Below, in pieces: positions 25,136-40,692 of a DNA stretch of 64,000 nt. The DNA lies in the NCBI RefSeq assembly GCF_009914755.1, contig NC_060934.1; one strand, given 5' to 3'. This DNA comes from the human T2T-CHM13v2.0 reference genome, Homo sapiens. Below the pieces are notes generated by a model that saw nothing but the letters and a program-made list of their open reading frames with translations, did not search any database and was not told where the DNA came from. Position numbers and translations under genes: made by a program. Each line of letters starts with the position of its first letter. Position 1 is the stretch's first letter.

Positions 25136-25474
25136 CCACATTTATTCACTGTTTGGAAGTTCATATATCCCAGGCCATTGTGTGTATTGAGTTTTTCTCA
25201 AGTAATTAATTATGGGCCTTTGGATGTCCTGAGTTTAAGGACAAACCTTAACCACTCCTAAATTGAAATAATTGAAGCAGGCTCCCACTAATAATTTCTA
25301 CTCACTATTGCAATATCTGATTTAGGTAAGAAAAACTGCACTCTGAACATTCTGTTTGTTTTTGAGTGTAACAAAAGTTTAAAATTATTTATATCAAAAT
25401 TTGAAATTAAACCAACCAGTTGATAATTAACTTGAATGACCCCAACATCAATCTTCTATTAATTTTAAAGTAGG

Positions 25475-25770
25475 TATATACTTTATATATATACTTTATA
25501 CCTAAAATTAATATATACCTACCTATAAACAGCAATATTATATATACACATGTATTATAAATATGTGTACATATGTATATGTAATATATACAGTATTGCT
25601 AATACATAATATACATATATTGCTATTATATATATCATATTATATACATATCATATTGCTATTACATATCATAGCTATACATATCATATTGCTATTACAT
25701 ATCATATTGCTATTATATATACATACACAAATATAGCAATGCTATATATATATATGCTATATATATATAG
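25475..25770. repeat. AT-rich low-complexity region with repeated 'tacatatcatattgctat' units
   Basis: Seen directly. Confidence 0.85.
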
Positions 25771-26407
25771 TATTAATGATTTTCCATGCTTTATATTTAA
25801 ATAAAACAGTAGTTACTAAAGCTTACCTCTAAAGATAATTTAAATAGAAACTGCTTATTTTGAAAATTGTCTTATTTATAGTTTTGCTTTGTTCCTTAAA
25901 TAACAAGATTTTATTCCTCCTCCCACTTTCCCAATTTGTGTACTGAAAATCACAAGGAAAGAATTTTGCAAAGCACAAAATTTATTTCATGCTTTAAGGT
26001 TTAGACTTTGTTTAAAAAATCTAAAAAATTTATTTATTTTCTGAGACTTTAATCTTTTTGATAAGTAAAGTTCACGGAAAACCATGTAATTGGTATAGAA
26101 CTTTTCACTTGAATTGAATCACATAATCCTTCTGTAGTAGAATACTTTTGCATCTTGCCTGGAGTAAATTAGTTTCTTTAGGTTAAAAAAAATCCTGGAA
26201 TTATATTTTTCAATTTGAAATTCACTTAATATCAAAGTGACTATAATTAATTCTTTTACTGATGATCTGAAAAACGGTAATAAGAAATTACAAATAACAT
26301 ATCAAAGAAATTTCATAAAGTATACCTGATAAAAACATTTCAAGTGTGAGGTGCTTTATTTTTCCACACTAAATTTGATTTTATAATACATGAAAGGCAT
26401 ACAGTGA

Positions 26408-26421
26408 GTGCCATCTAGTGC
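26408..26421 (-). promoter_or_regulatory. Candidate CTCF site
   Basis: Minus strand GCACTAGATGGCAC versus the core CCASYAGRKGGCRS (one mismatch), in non-repeat DNA. Confidence 0.5.
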
Positions 26422-28007
26422 ATTAACTCATCATGCTAGCAATCTTATCAATTCATCACATGCCTGGCTTTTCAGAAGGCATTCTGTAAAGTCATACAAT
26501 TTCTCAAGATCATTTAATTCAAGTTAATATTAAACAGTTGATTTAATTTTAGTTAAAGACTAATCTATTTACATGTTACAGTTTTTAAAGAGACTTCAAA
26601 AATCAGATAGATTATTATTTTCTTAACATTATTTTAATTGACTAGAATTTTCATTGAACATTATACGAGCATGACCTCCACATTAGCCCTGTGCATAAAA
26701 CAGAAGAAATCGCTGCTTTAAAAATATCATTTGCTAGAACCGGTAAGTTCAGCACTCGTCTGTGCTAAGTTGGCAATTACATCTGGAGCAGCAATTCTCT
26801 TATGCAGGTATTTTCCCTTATATTTTAAAAAATATGAATATTTCTGCAGTCAAGGTTGATTTCCCTCATCATGTGCTAGTGTTATTAGTTTGAGAAAAAA
26901 AACAAGAATGATAAAGTTCCATATACTGTACTTAAATTAACCATGGGTACGCCCACACATCTTGTCTATTTAGTTCATTAAGAAACTCTTTGGTAGGTTG
27001 AAAGCCTGAGAAAATTTTGAGTCAGAAAATATGATGACTTGAAGAAAAGTCAAGTTGATTAATAATAGTAACTCAGCCCACAGAGATCTCTCCCCACAAA
27101 GCCTCGTCACAGAGAAAATTCAGCTTCAGCTGTTTTTCACCTGATAAGCAACCTAACCTCAAGGCAAATGGTGCAACTAGTAACTGATGGGCTCTCTCCA
27201 TCTGCCATGTTCCCTTTCTCATGCTTTTCTTTGCTCTTAGCTTTTCCATGTTCTCTTTCACCTCCTTTCAACTACTGCTTCCTCCTCTTTTATTTCCTTT
27301 CTTTCTGCTTGTAGTAATGTAAAACCAGCAAAGGTGAGGAATGTCGGAAGTAATACATTCACTGACAGAGTGGCTTGCTGCCACATACATGTGGTGACAG
27401 ATAAATTCACAAAGCAGATCACTGGAAGCACCTAGAATGCCCTCATTGGTAAGTATATCCTGAGCCAGACAAAATTATTCCTCCTAATTCATTTTGGTTT
27501 TGATTTCTAGTATTAATTCAAATTATCCTGCCAACTAACCTGTAGTGAAATTATTCAACCGATAGCCTGTTAGCCTCAGCGCAAACCCGAATTTATTCAT
27601 CTGTTGAGTAAGTATTTATGTTATATGATGGGAACTCCATCAACCCTTGGGATATAGGGAACAACAAAGAGTAAAATGTCCCCATTCTTATGAAGCTTAT
27701 AAGAAACAAATAATACTGATAATAATAATAAACAAGCGGACAATTTATGATAGTGTCAAGTACTATGAAGAAAAATGTAACACAGTGATTGGAATGAGAA
27801 AATTCTCGAAGGGCATGATATGCTTAAGAGTATTCTTAATGGGCAGGAGAATATTGAAAGGCATTTAGATGTGGAAGTATAAGAGTCCACAGAAGTTTAG
27901 ATGATGTGTAGCCTTCTAGACAATGCAGAAAACTTTTCCATAATTCTACAAGCAATGCAATAGCATTGGAGGGTTTTAAATAATAAAATTACAAGTTCTA
28001 ATTAATT

Positions 28008-28916
28008 TTTGCAATCTATCCATATGACAAAGGGCTAATAACCATAATCTACAAGGAACTTAAACAAATTTACAAGAAAAAAACAATCCCATCAAAAAGT
28101 GGGCAGAGGATATGAACAGACACTTCTCAAAAGAAGACATTTAGATGGCCAACAAACATATGAAAAAATGCTCATCATCACTGGTCATTAGAGAAGTGCA
28201 AATCAAAACCACAATGAGATACAATCTCACGCCAGTTAGAACAGCAATCATTAAAAAGTCAGGAAACAACAGATGCTGGAAAGAATGTGGAGAAATAAAA
28301 ACACTTTTACACTGTTGATGGGAGTGTAAATTAGTTCAACAATTGTGGAAGACAGTGTGGCTATTCCTCAAGGATCTAGAACTAGAAATACCATTTGACC
28401 CACCCATCCCATTACTGGGTATATACCCAAAGGATTATAAATCATGCTACTATAAAGACCCATGCACACATATGTTTATTGCGGCACCATTCACAATAGC
28501 AAAGACTTGGAACCAACCCAGATGTCCATCAATGATAGACTAGATAAAGAAAATGTGACACATACACACCATGGAATACTATGCAGCCATAAAAAAGGAT
28601 GGGTTCATGTCCTTTGCAGGGACATGGTTGAAGCTGGAAACCATCACTCTCAGCAAACTGACACAGGAACGGAAAAGCAAACACCACATGTTCTCACTCA
28701 TAAGTGGGAGGTGAACAATGAGAACACATGGACACAGGAAGGGGAGCATCACACACTGGGGCCTATTTGGGAGTAGGAGGGTGCTAGGGAAGGGATAGTA
28801 GGTGACGGGTTGCTGGGTTCAGCAAACCACTATGGCAAGTGTATAACTATGTAACAAAACTGCACATTCTCTACATGTACCTCAGAACTTAAAGAATAAT
28901 AATAATAATAATAAAG
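28008..28916 (+). mobile_element. L1PA (L1PA7/8-like) 3' ~0.9 kb
   Basis: WKTVWLFLKDLELEIPFDPPIPLLGIYPKDYKSCYYKD peptide, 3' UTR and (AAT)n tail. Confidence 0.96.
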
Positions 28917-29800
28917 CAAATGACTTATAAGGCAAAGAAAAGTAGACAACCATCAGACTTTTTGGCAGCAAAAATTTATACCAAAAAAAGATGAAGAATA
29001 TACTTAAGAACACAAGAGAAGAAAATGTGAACCAAGGATTTTATATCCTAAGAAAACTTTACACTCCTGGATAAAGGGCACAAACATAATTTTATCAATC
29101 CACAAGAACTCAGAGGATACTGGAGACAAATTTCAGACAGTCAAAATAATTGAAGAGCTATAGATGTAAGGGCAGGTGTATTTATCACAACTTGCTGCTA
29201 CAAATCACAAAAAGAGAGACACACAGATATTGCATGTCTCCACATGAAAGAAAGAAAAATAGAAAACACCTATAGTCTTTGTAAAAGACAGAATTTGAAT
29301 ATGGTCAAGCCTTAGGAGGCAGTCACCTATTTGGAGGAGATACACAGGGCAAATGGACATAGTAAACTGTACCCATAGTGTTTGCTACAATACGGGTCAT
29401 TCTCATTGCAATCCATACTACCAAACATTTTGCAGATTAAATGGCCTACAGCTAGTGAATTTATGAGGAAGAGGAAGGGATGGAGGAGAAACCTGAAGAT
29501 TAAAAGAGAACTTTAAAAATACAATTGACAAGAAAAGTTAAAGTATTGAATCTAGGGATAAATACTTGGGTGATAAATCTATTAAAATGCAGGGAGGTGT
29601 TTCCTGTAAAAGTTGAGAAATAATCAGAAGGAGGCGTGGTGATAAGGATGGGGTCATCAGTGGGTATCTGGGGTGGCTGGCAAAGGTCTCTTTTCCGACC
29701 TGGCTTATGGTTACAAGGGTATTCGCCGTACCATTATACAATAAACGATATAGACGCTTTGGGAAGTTTTCTGTCTCTGTGTTGTATAATAAAAATACAA
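28917..29800 (+). mobile_element. Old L1M fragments
   Basis: 'catcagactttttggcagca...ccaaggattttatatcc' and an L1ME-like 3' region 'ctggcaaaggtctcttttccgacctgg...ggttacaagggt'. Confidence 0.5.
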
Positions 29801-30479
29801 AAACAAATTTTATTTGATTTTTATTTTTCAGAACATACATGTAGAGTTAAAAATATTGAAAAATATTATCCAAGCATTAGTCATAATTATTATCAACATC
29901 ATTTAAGACAAACAATTAAGGACAGTGATACTGTCAGAAGGAATTCAGAAATCATATCAGTAGCATAAACAGCTGCACAAAATTGTCAAAGAATGCTGGG
30001 TGATAGGTGTCATTTCTGTCTAAATCCAAACATACAAAAGAACTGCTAACATAATAACATATGTACTAACATAGTATCTCACTTCATTTCAGGAGTTCTC
30101 CTGTCTGTTAGTCTAAACCAAATTCAGTTGACTAAATTCAGTCAGACAATACACATTCTCACTGTTTACCTTAAGTTTCCTAATAATTTAACTAGCACTG
30201 GTTGTTAGTTTTTGTCCTCTGTCCTCATTTGTGGCTTTGGTTTTCATCTATGCTTTTTAAATAATGAATTGTGCTCTATTAAAAAAGTAATAGCAAAGAG
30301 ATGAGAATTGCTTCTCAAGTGGTTCTGTGATTAACAGAGATCATTTGGTTATTATAAATCAAGAAAAGGATTGATACCAAGAATATTAATAGCTTGTAAC
30401 CAAGTGGACCTTTAAAAATATGAGTTACTCATTTGTTTAAGCATTGTAGAGAGGAAAACTCCTGAGCATAAAGTCATTC

Positions 30480-30640
30480 AATTTTTGGTTTGTTCTAGCT
30501 CTTCTCCTAACTACCTGTATGATCTTCAGTAGATCTTGTTCCCACTTTTGGCTCAAATTTTCTTATTCTTTAAAATGGACATAATAATAATTTCATCAAG
30601 TTCTTATAAGATAAAATGAGATGTCATCCATATAGTCACC
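30480..30640 (+). mobile_element. MIR fragment
   Basis: 'ctaactacctgtatgatctt...ctttaaaatggacataataata...gataaaatgagat'. Confidence 0.6.
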
Positions 30641-32222
30641 TATAAGTAACAAAATAACTCATAAATTACTTTCTTTAGTCACTTGAATGATTACATTAAC
30701 CAGATTAAATATCACATCGAAAACAGACAAAACAAATATCATACTACTCTTTATATTCAAAGATCAATTTGATTTTTGAGTAATTTTCCACCATTTCAAA
30801 GATGCATTCAAAACATGTATACATCTGCAGTCATCCAATTTCATTTACCATTATATCTTAAGTGTTTTTTCATATCTGTGCACCATATTCACTGTACTCA
30901 AATATTGCATATTTATCCACTGATAAGCTTGGCCACATGTTTATTTTTTCTATTATGACTATCAATTATATCTATTTATCTAATATTCTAAATATCTTGT
31001 ATTGAATACATTTATGTATATAGTTTTCTAAATACAATTTGAATTTTTCCTACATTTCCATAAATAGAATTGCTTCCCAAAATGATTGTTTCAATTTATA
31101 AAATGAGAGCATACAAGTATCATTTTAAGAACTTTAACTTTCTCTCCCTAACTTTGTTTAAAATTGTGTAGTGTCTTGCTGATAAAATATTTCTTCAAAA
31201 TTAGTACAGAGATTAATCCCTACTGAGTTTGGCTGTGTGTCATCCAGACTCTGTGAGACAGAACTCATTGCCAATCAGAGGGACATGGTTGTGTTATTGT
31301 ACTAATAGATACGGTCCCATCATTGAAGATGCTATTAAGCATCAAACAGATGTTTTCATCAACTTCCTAAATGGTACTAAAAAAGTATTATTTTGAAATA
31401 CGTGAAAGAGCTACAGTTGATTAAAAACAAATATGATTTATGTATTTAAATACACATATAATTATCAGCTCAATCCAGATAGTCACGACTCTGTGATATA
31501 CATGGTTTTTCAAATTGATGTCATGTGGGTTATTGATAGCCATTTGCAAGTGATGCCAATTCATCATTGAAAGGTACTTAGAATTTATGTCTGGTGGAAC
31601 ACAGAGCAGCTTCAATAGCATAAGTCACCTTCCTCCAAACTTAATGTTAAGATCAGGTTTAAGCAGCATCAGGTTATTCCTACTTGTAAGCTGTGGAAAT
31701 AAGTATAATTCTCTATATTCTACTCACTGTATCATTTTTTAAATGTTGTCATTGTACATACAAAATAGAACTTCATCAGTTTAAAGAAACAACTTGTCAC
31801 ACTGAGATCAGAAATAAGTAAAATAAAAAACAAAACAGGCTATTTCTATTGACAGTTTCTATTTTCCCTATCAACTTGAGCCTCAGTCCAAGTCAAAAGC
31901 AAGTAATCTTTCACAGCAATGAATGGAAATTTCTCACTCACTCAGACACAGATTTACACATATTTTAAAGAGTATATGTGGGAAATAAGGATGTGGACAA
32001 ATATATTTTTATGATATAAAATGGAGAATATTTTAAAAATAGAAATGATACCTTTAGATTTTTCTTTTTCCCCATCTCTCCTCTTTCTGCATTCTTGCTG
32101 GTATTGTTCTTCTCCATATACTTAAATCTAACTCTTTCCCTTCCATGCTTTCTCTACTTTTTTTTTCTTACATCCCCAAATACCTGTTTGAAATGACTCA
32201 TTAGCACCATTAACATTAAATA

Positions 32223-32530
32223 GGCCAGGAACCATGACTCAATGCCTGTAATCTCAGCACTTTGGGAAGCTGAGACGGGAAGATCACTTGAGCCCAAGAA
32301 CTCCAGACCAGCCTGGGTAACATAACAAGACCCCATCTCTACAAAAAATACAAAAATTAGCCAGGCATGGTAGCACGTGCCTGTAATCTCAGTTTCTCAG
32401 GAGGCTGAGGTGGGAGGATCACTTGAACATGAAAGGTGGAGGCTGTAGTGGGCAGTGATTGTGCCACTGCTCCCCAGTCTAAGTGACAGAGAAAAACTCT
32501 CTCAAAAAACAAAATAAAAGAAAACAAAAC
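32223..32530 (+). mobile_element. AluJ
   Basis: 'gatcacttgagcccaag', 'gggaggatcacttgaac', 'gaggctgtagtg' are J-type diagnostics. Confidence 0.95.
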
Positions 32531-34194
32531 ATTAAACAAACTAACTGAATTGGAGTCAGTGATTATTGTTCTTTGAAAGAAGGCCCTGGCTTGAAATAAA
32601 TACCTATGAGACCTGGAAAAAAAATGGATTTTCTTCTACAATAAAAATATTTAAAGGCAAATAGCAAATAAGATAATACAATTTAGTTCATTCCCTTCTA
32701 CAATGCAGCTCTCTCCTAAAGACAACAAGAGAAGAACTTTGATTGCAGAAGATTAAGTACATACTTTCACACACTTTACATAACACTTCACACCCCATCT
32801 CCCCACCCACACACACTCCATATTTACCAAAGTTTACCTGGGTAGCAAAGGGTTAATGTTTCTCATGTCTGTTTGTGTGCATTTTCTGGTTTCATTATTT
32901 GTTAAATGGAGTTCAGGCTCCTAAGGAGTACATTTTGTTAGTCCCATTCAACTTGAACTAGAATGCCACTAGTATGGTGATTCATTTCAGGGTTATCACT
33001 TCTTTTCTCAAGTTTATGAAAGCTGTGAACAGAAACATCAGGTGGAAGATTGCAATCTCAACGTGAGTGTCAGATATGTCTTTTCATAGCTTTCTTTCAT
33101 GGCATATGCACAACCAGGCTATTATTAACGAGAATACCTGAAGGTACACCATCTCTCCATGACAAAACAACATTCTCTGCCCAGCTCTCTGCTTCCTAAT
33201 CTCAAAAAAGACCCTCAAATGAGACTAAAATAATCCAACCTGAATAAATACTCAATCTTATAGTCTCCAGATACAACCAATCTAGATGTTGTTGTTACAA
33301 GGTAAATCTTCTCAACTTCACTAAAGATTAATAAAGTGTAATCTTTCTGTAGAAACTTTTCTCAACACTCTAAAAAAAAAGGCTAACTAGAAGGAACAGA
33401 AGAACAACATACACATGTAAAAACCATATTGAGGGACCAAATTAAAGATAATTATGATTGGAGTTGATGAATTTAAAAGTACCAGAGAAAATTGTATCAG
33501 GATTTTTGAATATCCTCTTTGAATGATAATTCTACTCGTTGCCAAAGTTATTGACAGAGTATTTTGTGTTGGGCATGGTGCTAGCTAGGCATTAGGAAGT
33601 GGAGAACAAAATAGATTTAGTTCTTATCACCTGGAGTTTACAAATTATAACTACTAGGAAGAAAAAAAGGCTGAGTACTCAGAAAATGTGTAAGATTGAG
33701 TGGTCCTGGAAGACACCCCTGAAGGTTGACCAGGAACTAAGTCAAGCAAAGAGCTGTGGGAAAACTCTTCTGAGCAGAGAGAATTCCAGGAACTAAAGAA
33801 AGTCCAGGTGTGGTTGAAGATAGACTCAGAAATAAAGAAAGCTGCTTGAGATCAGATTAGTGAAGGAGGGAGCTACCAGATCAAAAGAACTTGCAGAGAA
33901 GTGAGGAGACTTTGAAAGGTTTAGAAAGGGAAAGGACAAGTGCTTATTTACAGTGTTAAAGGATTAGTCTATTTGCTGGTGAGAAGGGATTTCAACAGAA
34001 CAAGAATGGAAGCAGAGAAACATATTGAGAGACTCTTTTAGTCATCCAGGACACATTAATTTTGAAGTTAGTTGATAGAATTTAAGTGATAGAATGATGC
34101 AATAGGTGAGGGAGAGAGAGATGTCAAGAACAATGTTCTATTGCCTGGCCTGAGAGGATGGAGATGCCATATATATTTCCCCCAAACTATTTCT

Positions 34195-34943
<749 letters not shown>

Positions 34944-35170
34944 TATATATTTATACTTTATAAAACATTTTGCTTAGAATATGTTAATCTTGAGATCTCC
35001 TGAACACTAAACAGAGATGTCAAGTAAAGAGATATTGAGATCAGAAGAGAGACCTAAACTGTCAGTATACATTTTGAGAAATTTTGAATATAAGAAATAT
35101 GATCATGAGGACAATAAATGGCATCACCAAAGTGAGAAGATAAAATTAGATAAAAGACAAAAGCCTGAGC

Positions 35171-35682
35171 TGTGATATGCCAGGCAACTTTTAAAATAGT
35201 TTCCAATGATCCCCTGACTCCTGACATTTATACTTATGTGTAATTTCCTTCTCTCGATTATCGTCTGGATTTATTGGCTTGCTTCCAACAAATAGAGTAC
35301 AGCAAAGTGTTGGGATGTCACTTCTGAGATTAAGCTATAAAGCCCAACTTTCATCTTGCTTGTCCTTTCTTGTTGTCTGGTGTACTTCTCTTATTAGCTA
35401 TCCCATGGAGGGAATCACATCACACAGAACTGGAGGGAGGCCTCCAGTCACCAACCTGTGAATATCTAATTTCTCAACCATGAAGATAATCTTGGAAGAT
35501 GATTCTGTCCCTGTTGAACTTTCAGATGAGACTTCAGTCCCAACTGACAGAGGTTCCCACTGAGCTCCACCTGGATTTCCAACTCAGAGAGACTGTGGTG
35601 TAACAAATGTTTGCTGCTTTATGCTTCTGTTTCAGGACAACTTGAGCAGAAATACATAGTGTGCAGAAATAGATCACTAAAT
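35171..35682 (+). mobile_element. MLT1 (MaLR) solo LTR
   Basis: 'ccaatgatcccctgactcctg', 'gggatgtcacttctgagattaag', 'ttcagatgagact', end 'gcagaaatagatcactaaatca'. Confidence 0.85.
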
Positions 35683-36671
35683 CACCTGAGGAACTCAAGT
35701 ATTTAGAAAAGGAAAATATGATGGAGACTGAGAAGAACTGGTCATATTGGTAACTGGGAAGTCAGGAGAAGGTGTAATATGGGAAATCAGAAAGAAAGAA
35801 TGTTTGGGCAAGGGAGTGATAGGAGCCAATGTAGGTATTGATGTACATTTTGTAGTGGAAGGATAAGGAGGTCCTGTCTTCTGACTTCTATCTATCTTTC
35901 TTTAAATAAAACGTAAAGCTAAAAGTTACCAGTATTTTGAAGTGGAATAGAAGAGGAGTTGGGAAAGAGGTGATTTGAATAATTTAACAAGAGATGAAAA
36001 GTGATAAAATATCTATTGAAGACAGTGGGTGATAAATTTTCCAGAAAAATGTGACAATATAATTGAAAGATGAGATATTTATTTAGTTCTGAGGTCTCTG
36101 AAAAGAAATGTTTTGAGTTAAACACTTATTACAACCCAATAAATGGAAATGTACAAAGTCAATGGAAGAGACCAACTTTATATAAGAGAATTACATGGCA
36201 CAGTGGAAGTAGCTTTGACTGTAGCTTCACAAAGTCACAGAAATATTGTTCAATTAAATGCTTCCATACATTTACTTCTCATAAAGGTATACATTGGGAA
36301 GTAATTCACAATGTATTCTCCTATAAACACCAATTAATGGTAACTATTATATTTGATTCACTCCATGTGATATCGTCTCCAAATTTTGAGGAATATGATT
36401 TGATTTCTAATTATTCAGACATTCTAAAATTTCCAACTTGAACTAGTACCCCCTTCCAACGATCCTTACTTAATAAATATTTTTGTCTTCCAAATTATTA
36501 ACATTTCCCTTTCTAAGGGCTCCTTTTCTCCATCTTGCTATTAGCAATTCTTTCCAAAAACAAGAATTCCAAAAGCAAGAATTTCCAAAAATAAGACAGA
36601 ATAAAACAAAACCTTCCTCCATCCTTTTTACACTACTAAAAATTTTATTCAAAGAATTGACCACTCTTTCT

Positions 36672-37044
<373 letters not shown>

Positions 37045-37559
37045 TCAGCACACTATAATCTGAATTCCCATTAAACTAGTTATTTAAAAATTCACTTGCA
37101 AATATCACTCATTACCTACTGGTTACCAAATCTAATGATGACTTTTTGGCTCTTAGCTGATTTCACATTCCCTGACAACAATTAGCTCCAGGAATCCCAT
37201 CTAAGCTGCAGTTCTGATAATGTTGATTGGTGGTTCTAGGGACTTCTGTGAAAGATTGAGATCAAGGAGCTGAGTATGTTATGGGAAGTTGGGAAGTTTA
37301 GACTGGGCAATAAAGATAGTACAATTAAAAAATTCAATTTAAAATGGCTTGTTAGAGAGATAGATGCCAGATATTACTTGACAAGCCAGAAACTAGAGAC
37401 ACTAAGATAAAAACAAAATAAAACAAGAAATTAAGATTGATGGATAAAAATAATCTCTCAAAGATTTATTTGGATTTAATCTAAATTTAAGGTGCCATAT
37501 ATCTTTACTCGTGAAAGAAAATTGAATTTTTGAGGACAGTAAGTAGTTTGAGAAATACC

Positions 37560-39500
37560 CTTCTTTAAAATCTTCTTCTTTACCTAAATGAACACTAGTG
37601 TCCTGGTTTTCTTCCTATCCACCTACTAATTCTTAGTCTCCTTCTTTCAGCACTTAAATATTCTTGTACCATAGGTGCTATTCCTGGACATCTCTCTTTG
37701 TACTCAGCACAGCATCTTCCTACTTCAACTCTTATCTTTTGGTTCTGACTTCCAATTCTTATCACTAATTCATTGCTGTTCAGACCCAGTTTATATAAAT
37801 TCACTTCTGTGTCTACCAGTTCCTCAAAACGGAAACCATCATTCCTGAATCATCTTTTCATTTCTCCCTTTTCATGTATTTTGCATCTCAATGTGAGGCA
37901 TCACGTAGTTAAACAAATACAAAATATGGGCTATATCCAGCACACGTACCCCACATGTAACTTTTTTTCAACTCTAACACCAAACTAATCAAATCTCCAA
38001 TCTATCTCTCATGGTAATCTTCAGTGTCATAATGCAGGCCTCTATCACTTGACTTTTTATCTCCAATCCTTCTTCTCCCATTCTCTTAAACCCAAATGAG
38101 TGCACTTTTGATGGAAACAGACATTCATTGGGACTGTTCCAGACAAACTGAGCTGGGCATGTGTTATCACCCTACCAATGATTTCTTTGCTAAAAACAAG
38201 GCACATTTCCCATCTTTACTCAACCTCATAGAATCATTTCAAAAAGGTGATCACTTGCATCTCCTTGACATACTTTCTTCACTGGCTTCCAAGACAACTG
38301 CTTCTTCCAGTTTTTCTCCAACCTTACTGATTATTGGTTCTCAAACTCCATGTCTGGTTCCATCCTATCTCTTAGATTCAATGCTCCAAGTTTTGTTTCT
38401 TTTTGGTTCTCTTCTCTTCCTAGTCTTCACTTACATTTGTGGCAATCTCGTCCAGCTCTGTGACTTTAAATAGCATCTATATGCCTTCAAGTCTCAAATG
38501 TCTATTTCCATATCAGAAGTCTCTTCCAAGCTCCAGACTCGATATTTTCATTAGGATATCTAATGTCTAATGTGCACATTAAGCATAATATATCCAAAGT
38601 GGAACTTGCATTCTTCTTTCCCAAACCTGTTTCATCTACAGCCTCCCCTTATACCCACTGATGAAAACTCCATCTTTCCACTTTGTGCAGAGCAAAAGCC
38701 TTGGAAACGTTGTTGACCCCTTTCTTTCTCTCTCTTCTTACCCAAAACACCAGGCAATCATATTGCATTTATTTTCAGAATATGTCTACCATTGAACCAC
38801 TAATTACCATCTTCACTGCTACCATCTGCTCTTCTCACTTGTCTCCTCTTGCCTGGATCCCTGCTGTAGTCTGCTAATCTGCCTCCCTACTCTCAATCTC
38901 CCCCACTGCACTTTAATTCCAACAGAGATCCCAGAATGATTCTTTTTAAATCATAAGAAAGATCATACCACTTCTATGCTCAAAATATTCCATAACCATT
39001 CCATTTCACTCAGTGTGAAAATCAAAGGCCTTCCAATGACCCAGACACTCTTACAAGATCAGGAGTCCGTTAACTTTCTGACCTCATTTCTTTTTCCTCT
39101 GTCCCGTTTTTAAAAGTTTCTCTTCAGCCACACAAACCTACTTGCTGTTTCTCAAATGCGTCAAATGTGTGACAGCCTTAGGACCACTCACTGTATTAGC
39201 TATTTTCCCAGATATCTAAAATTTAAAGTCTCTCATATCCTTCCTGTGTTTGTTTGGCTGTTCTTATTTTCCTAGTTTAATCATCTGATTTAAGAGTACA
39301 ACTTTCCCTCTATTCCCAGAACTTGAACTCCCTTTATCCTGCACTATATTTTGTCCATTGTACTTATTCCTTCTAACAAATAATTTACTTATTTATTTTA
39401 CTTATTGTTCCAGTACGTCTTACCCTGCTTGCATGTAAGTTTCACAAGTCAGAGATTTTTTTTAAGTTTTATTTCCAGATTTCTTGCCTGGTAGAGCACG
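37560..39500 (+). mobile_element. L2 fragments (the 38200-39500 piece is the donor of the duplicated segment)
   Basis: 'ctttcttcactggcttccaagaca', 'gactttaaatagcatctatatgc', 'catgtaagtttcacaag'. Confidence 0.8.
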
Positions 39501-40692
39501 GTCCTTGCTTCCGATAAATTTCTGCCATTATCCAATCAATTATTTCCACCTCTACCAGAGTGGTTTTCCCAAAAGATAACACTAAAAGATTTGAACAGGA
39601 CAGGGATGTGACTATAGCTACCTCTTGGTTTCAGCATGAATTCTCAGATGGGCTTTGTTTTTTAAGCCAAGTATCTGACACTGTTTTATGGTCCTAAAAA
39701 TATCTATTGCTCTAGAATTTTAAACACAGTCACTCTTTAAACAAAGAAGTAAAGCTTCAGTAGATCACGAAGAATATTTTGTATTACAGAGTTGAGATTC
39801 TATCATTCCTCCTATGTCTTGGAAAGAAGGGGAAAGCTTTCTGCTTAAATTCTGGAATCCTGCCTATCCTCTAAAACATGCTAACAAACAAGGGACAAAA
39901 TTTTCAAGATATTTGAAATATCAAGTAAGTGGTCATTTTCAGTGAATCTGAATAGTTTAGATTCCATTTTTATACCTAGAAAATTCATGCTATACTTTTA
40001 GATGGCTTATATAAGCTTTTAGTTGACTTTAGAAGCAGTGGAAATAATACAGGCCCTGATGTAAGGTAGACTTCTTTCAGCTATGTGACAAATTCAAAAT
40101 GTGACCGTGAGCATGTCGCATTACGTCTTTAGGCTACATTTTTCTTGTTTGTGAAGTTAGACAATTACTAGAATCTCTTCCAGCTCTAAAATTCTGTGAA
40201 AATATTTAAAGGTATTGGGTGGCCTTTAAAATGTATCGGTTGCTTTTCAAACATATAAGCTGAGAGCATATTACAAGTATGAGTAAGTAAAGAGAAAACC
40301 TCAGCTACTTTTTGAAAATTCAGACAGATTGGATTTTTTTGTGCTATTTAAGCCTGAACTGGGGTTATTGGAGCTGCATTACAAAGGATGTTTAGTACTC
40401 AGTAGAAACAGTGGCTCCTACTCTTCAGCTCAGCCTGAGTTTGTGGCTATGGATGTTTCTAGCCTTTTTTTAAATTTTCCCCAACAAGCCACAAGCCATT
40501 CAAAAGAGGTAGGATGAGACTGCTTTGAATAACAACCTTTTAGTACCCAGTGATTTTTGGTCATGTCAGAGAGGCAAAGCCTGTGGCCTTTGGATTGAGA
40601 GAATACAGGTAGATATTTGGTCTGACAATCAAATAGAGTCATATATGCCTTTGGCCACTATTAATTCTAAGCTTTAAAATCAGTGCTGGTGA

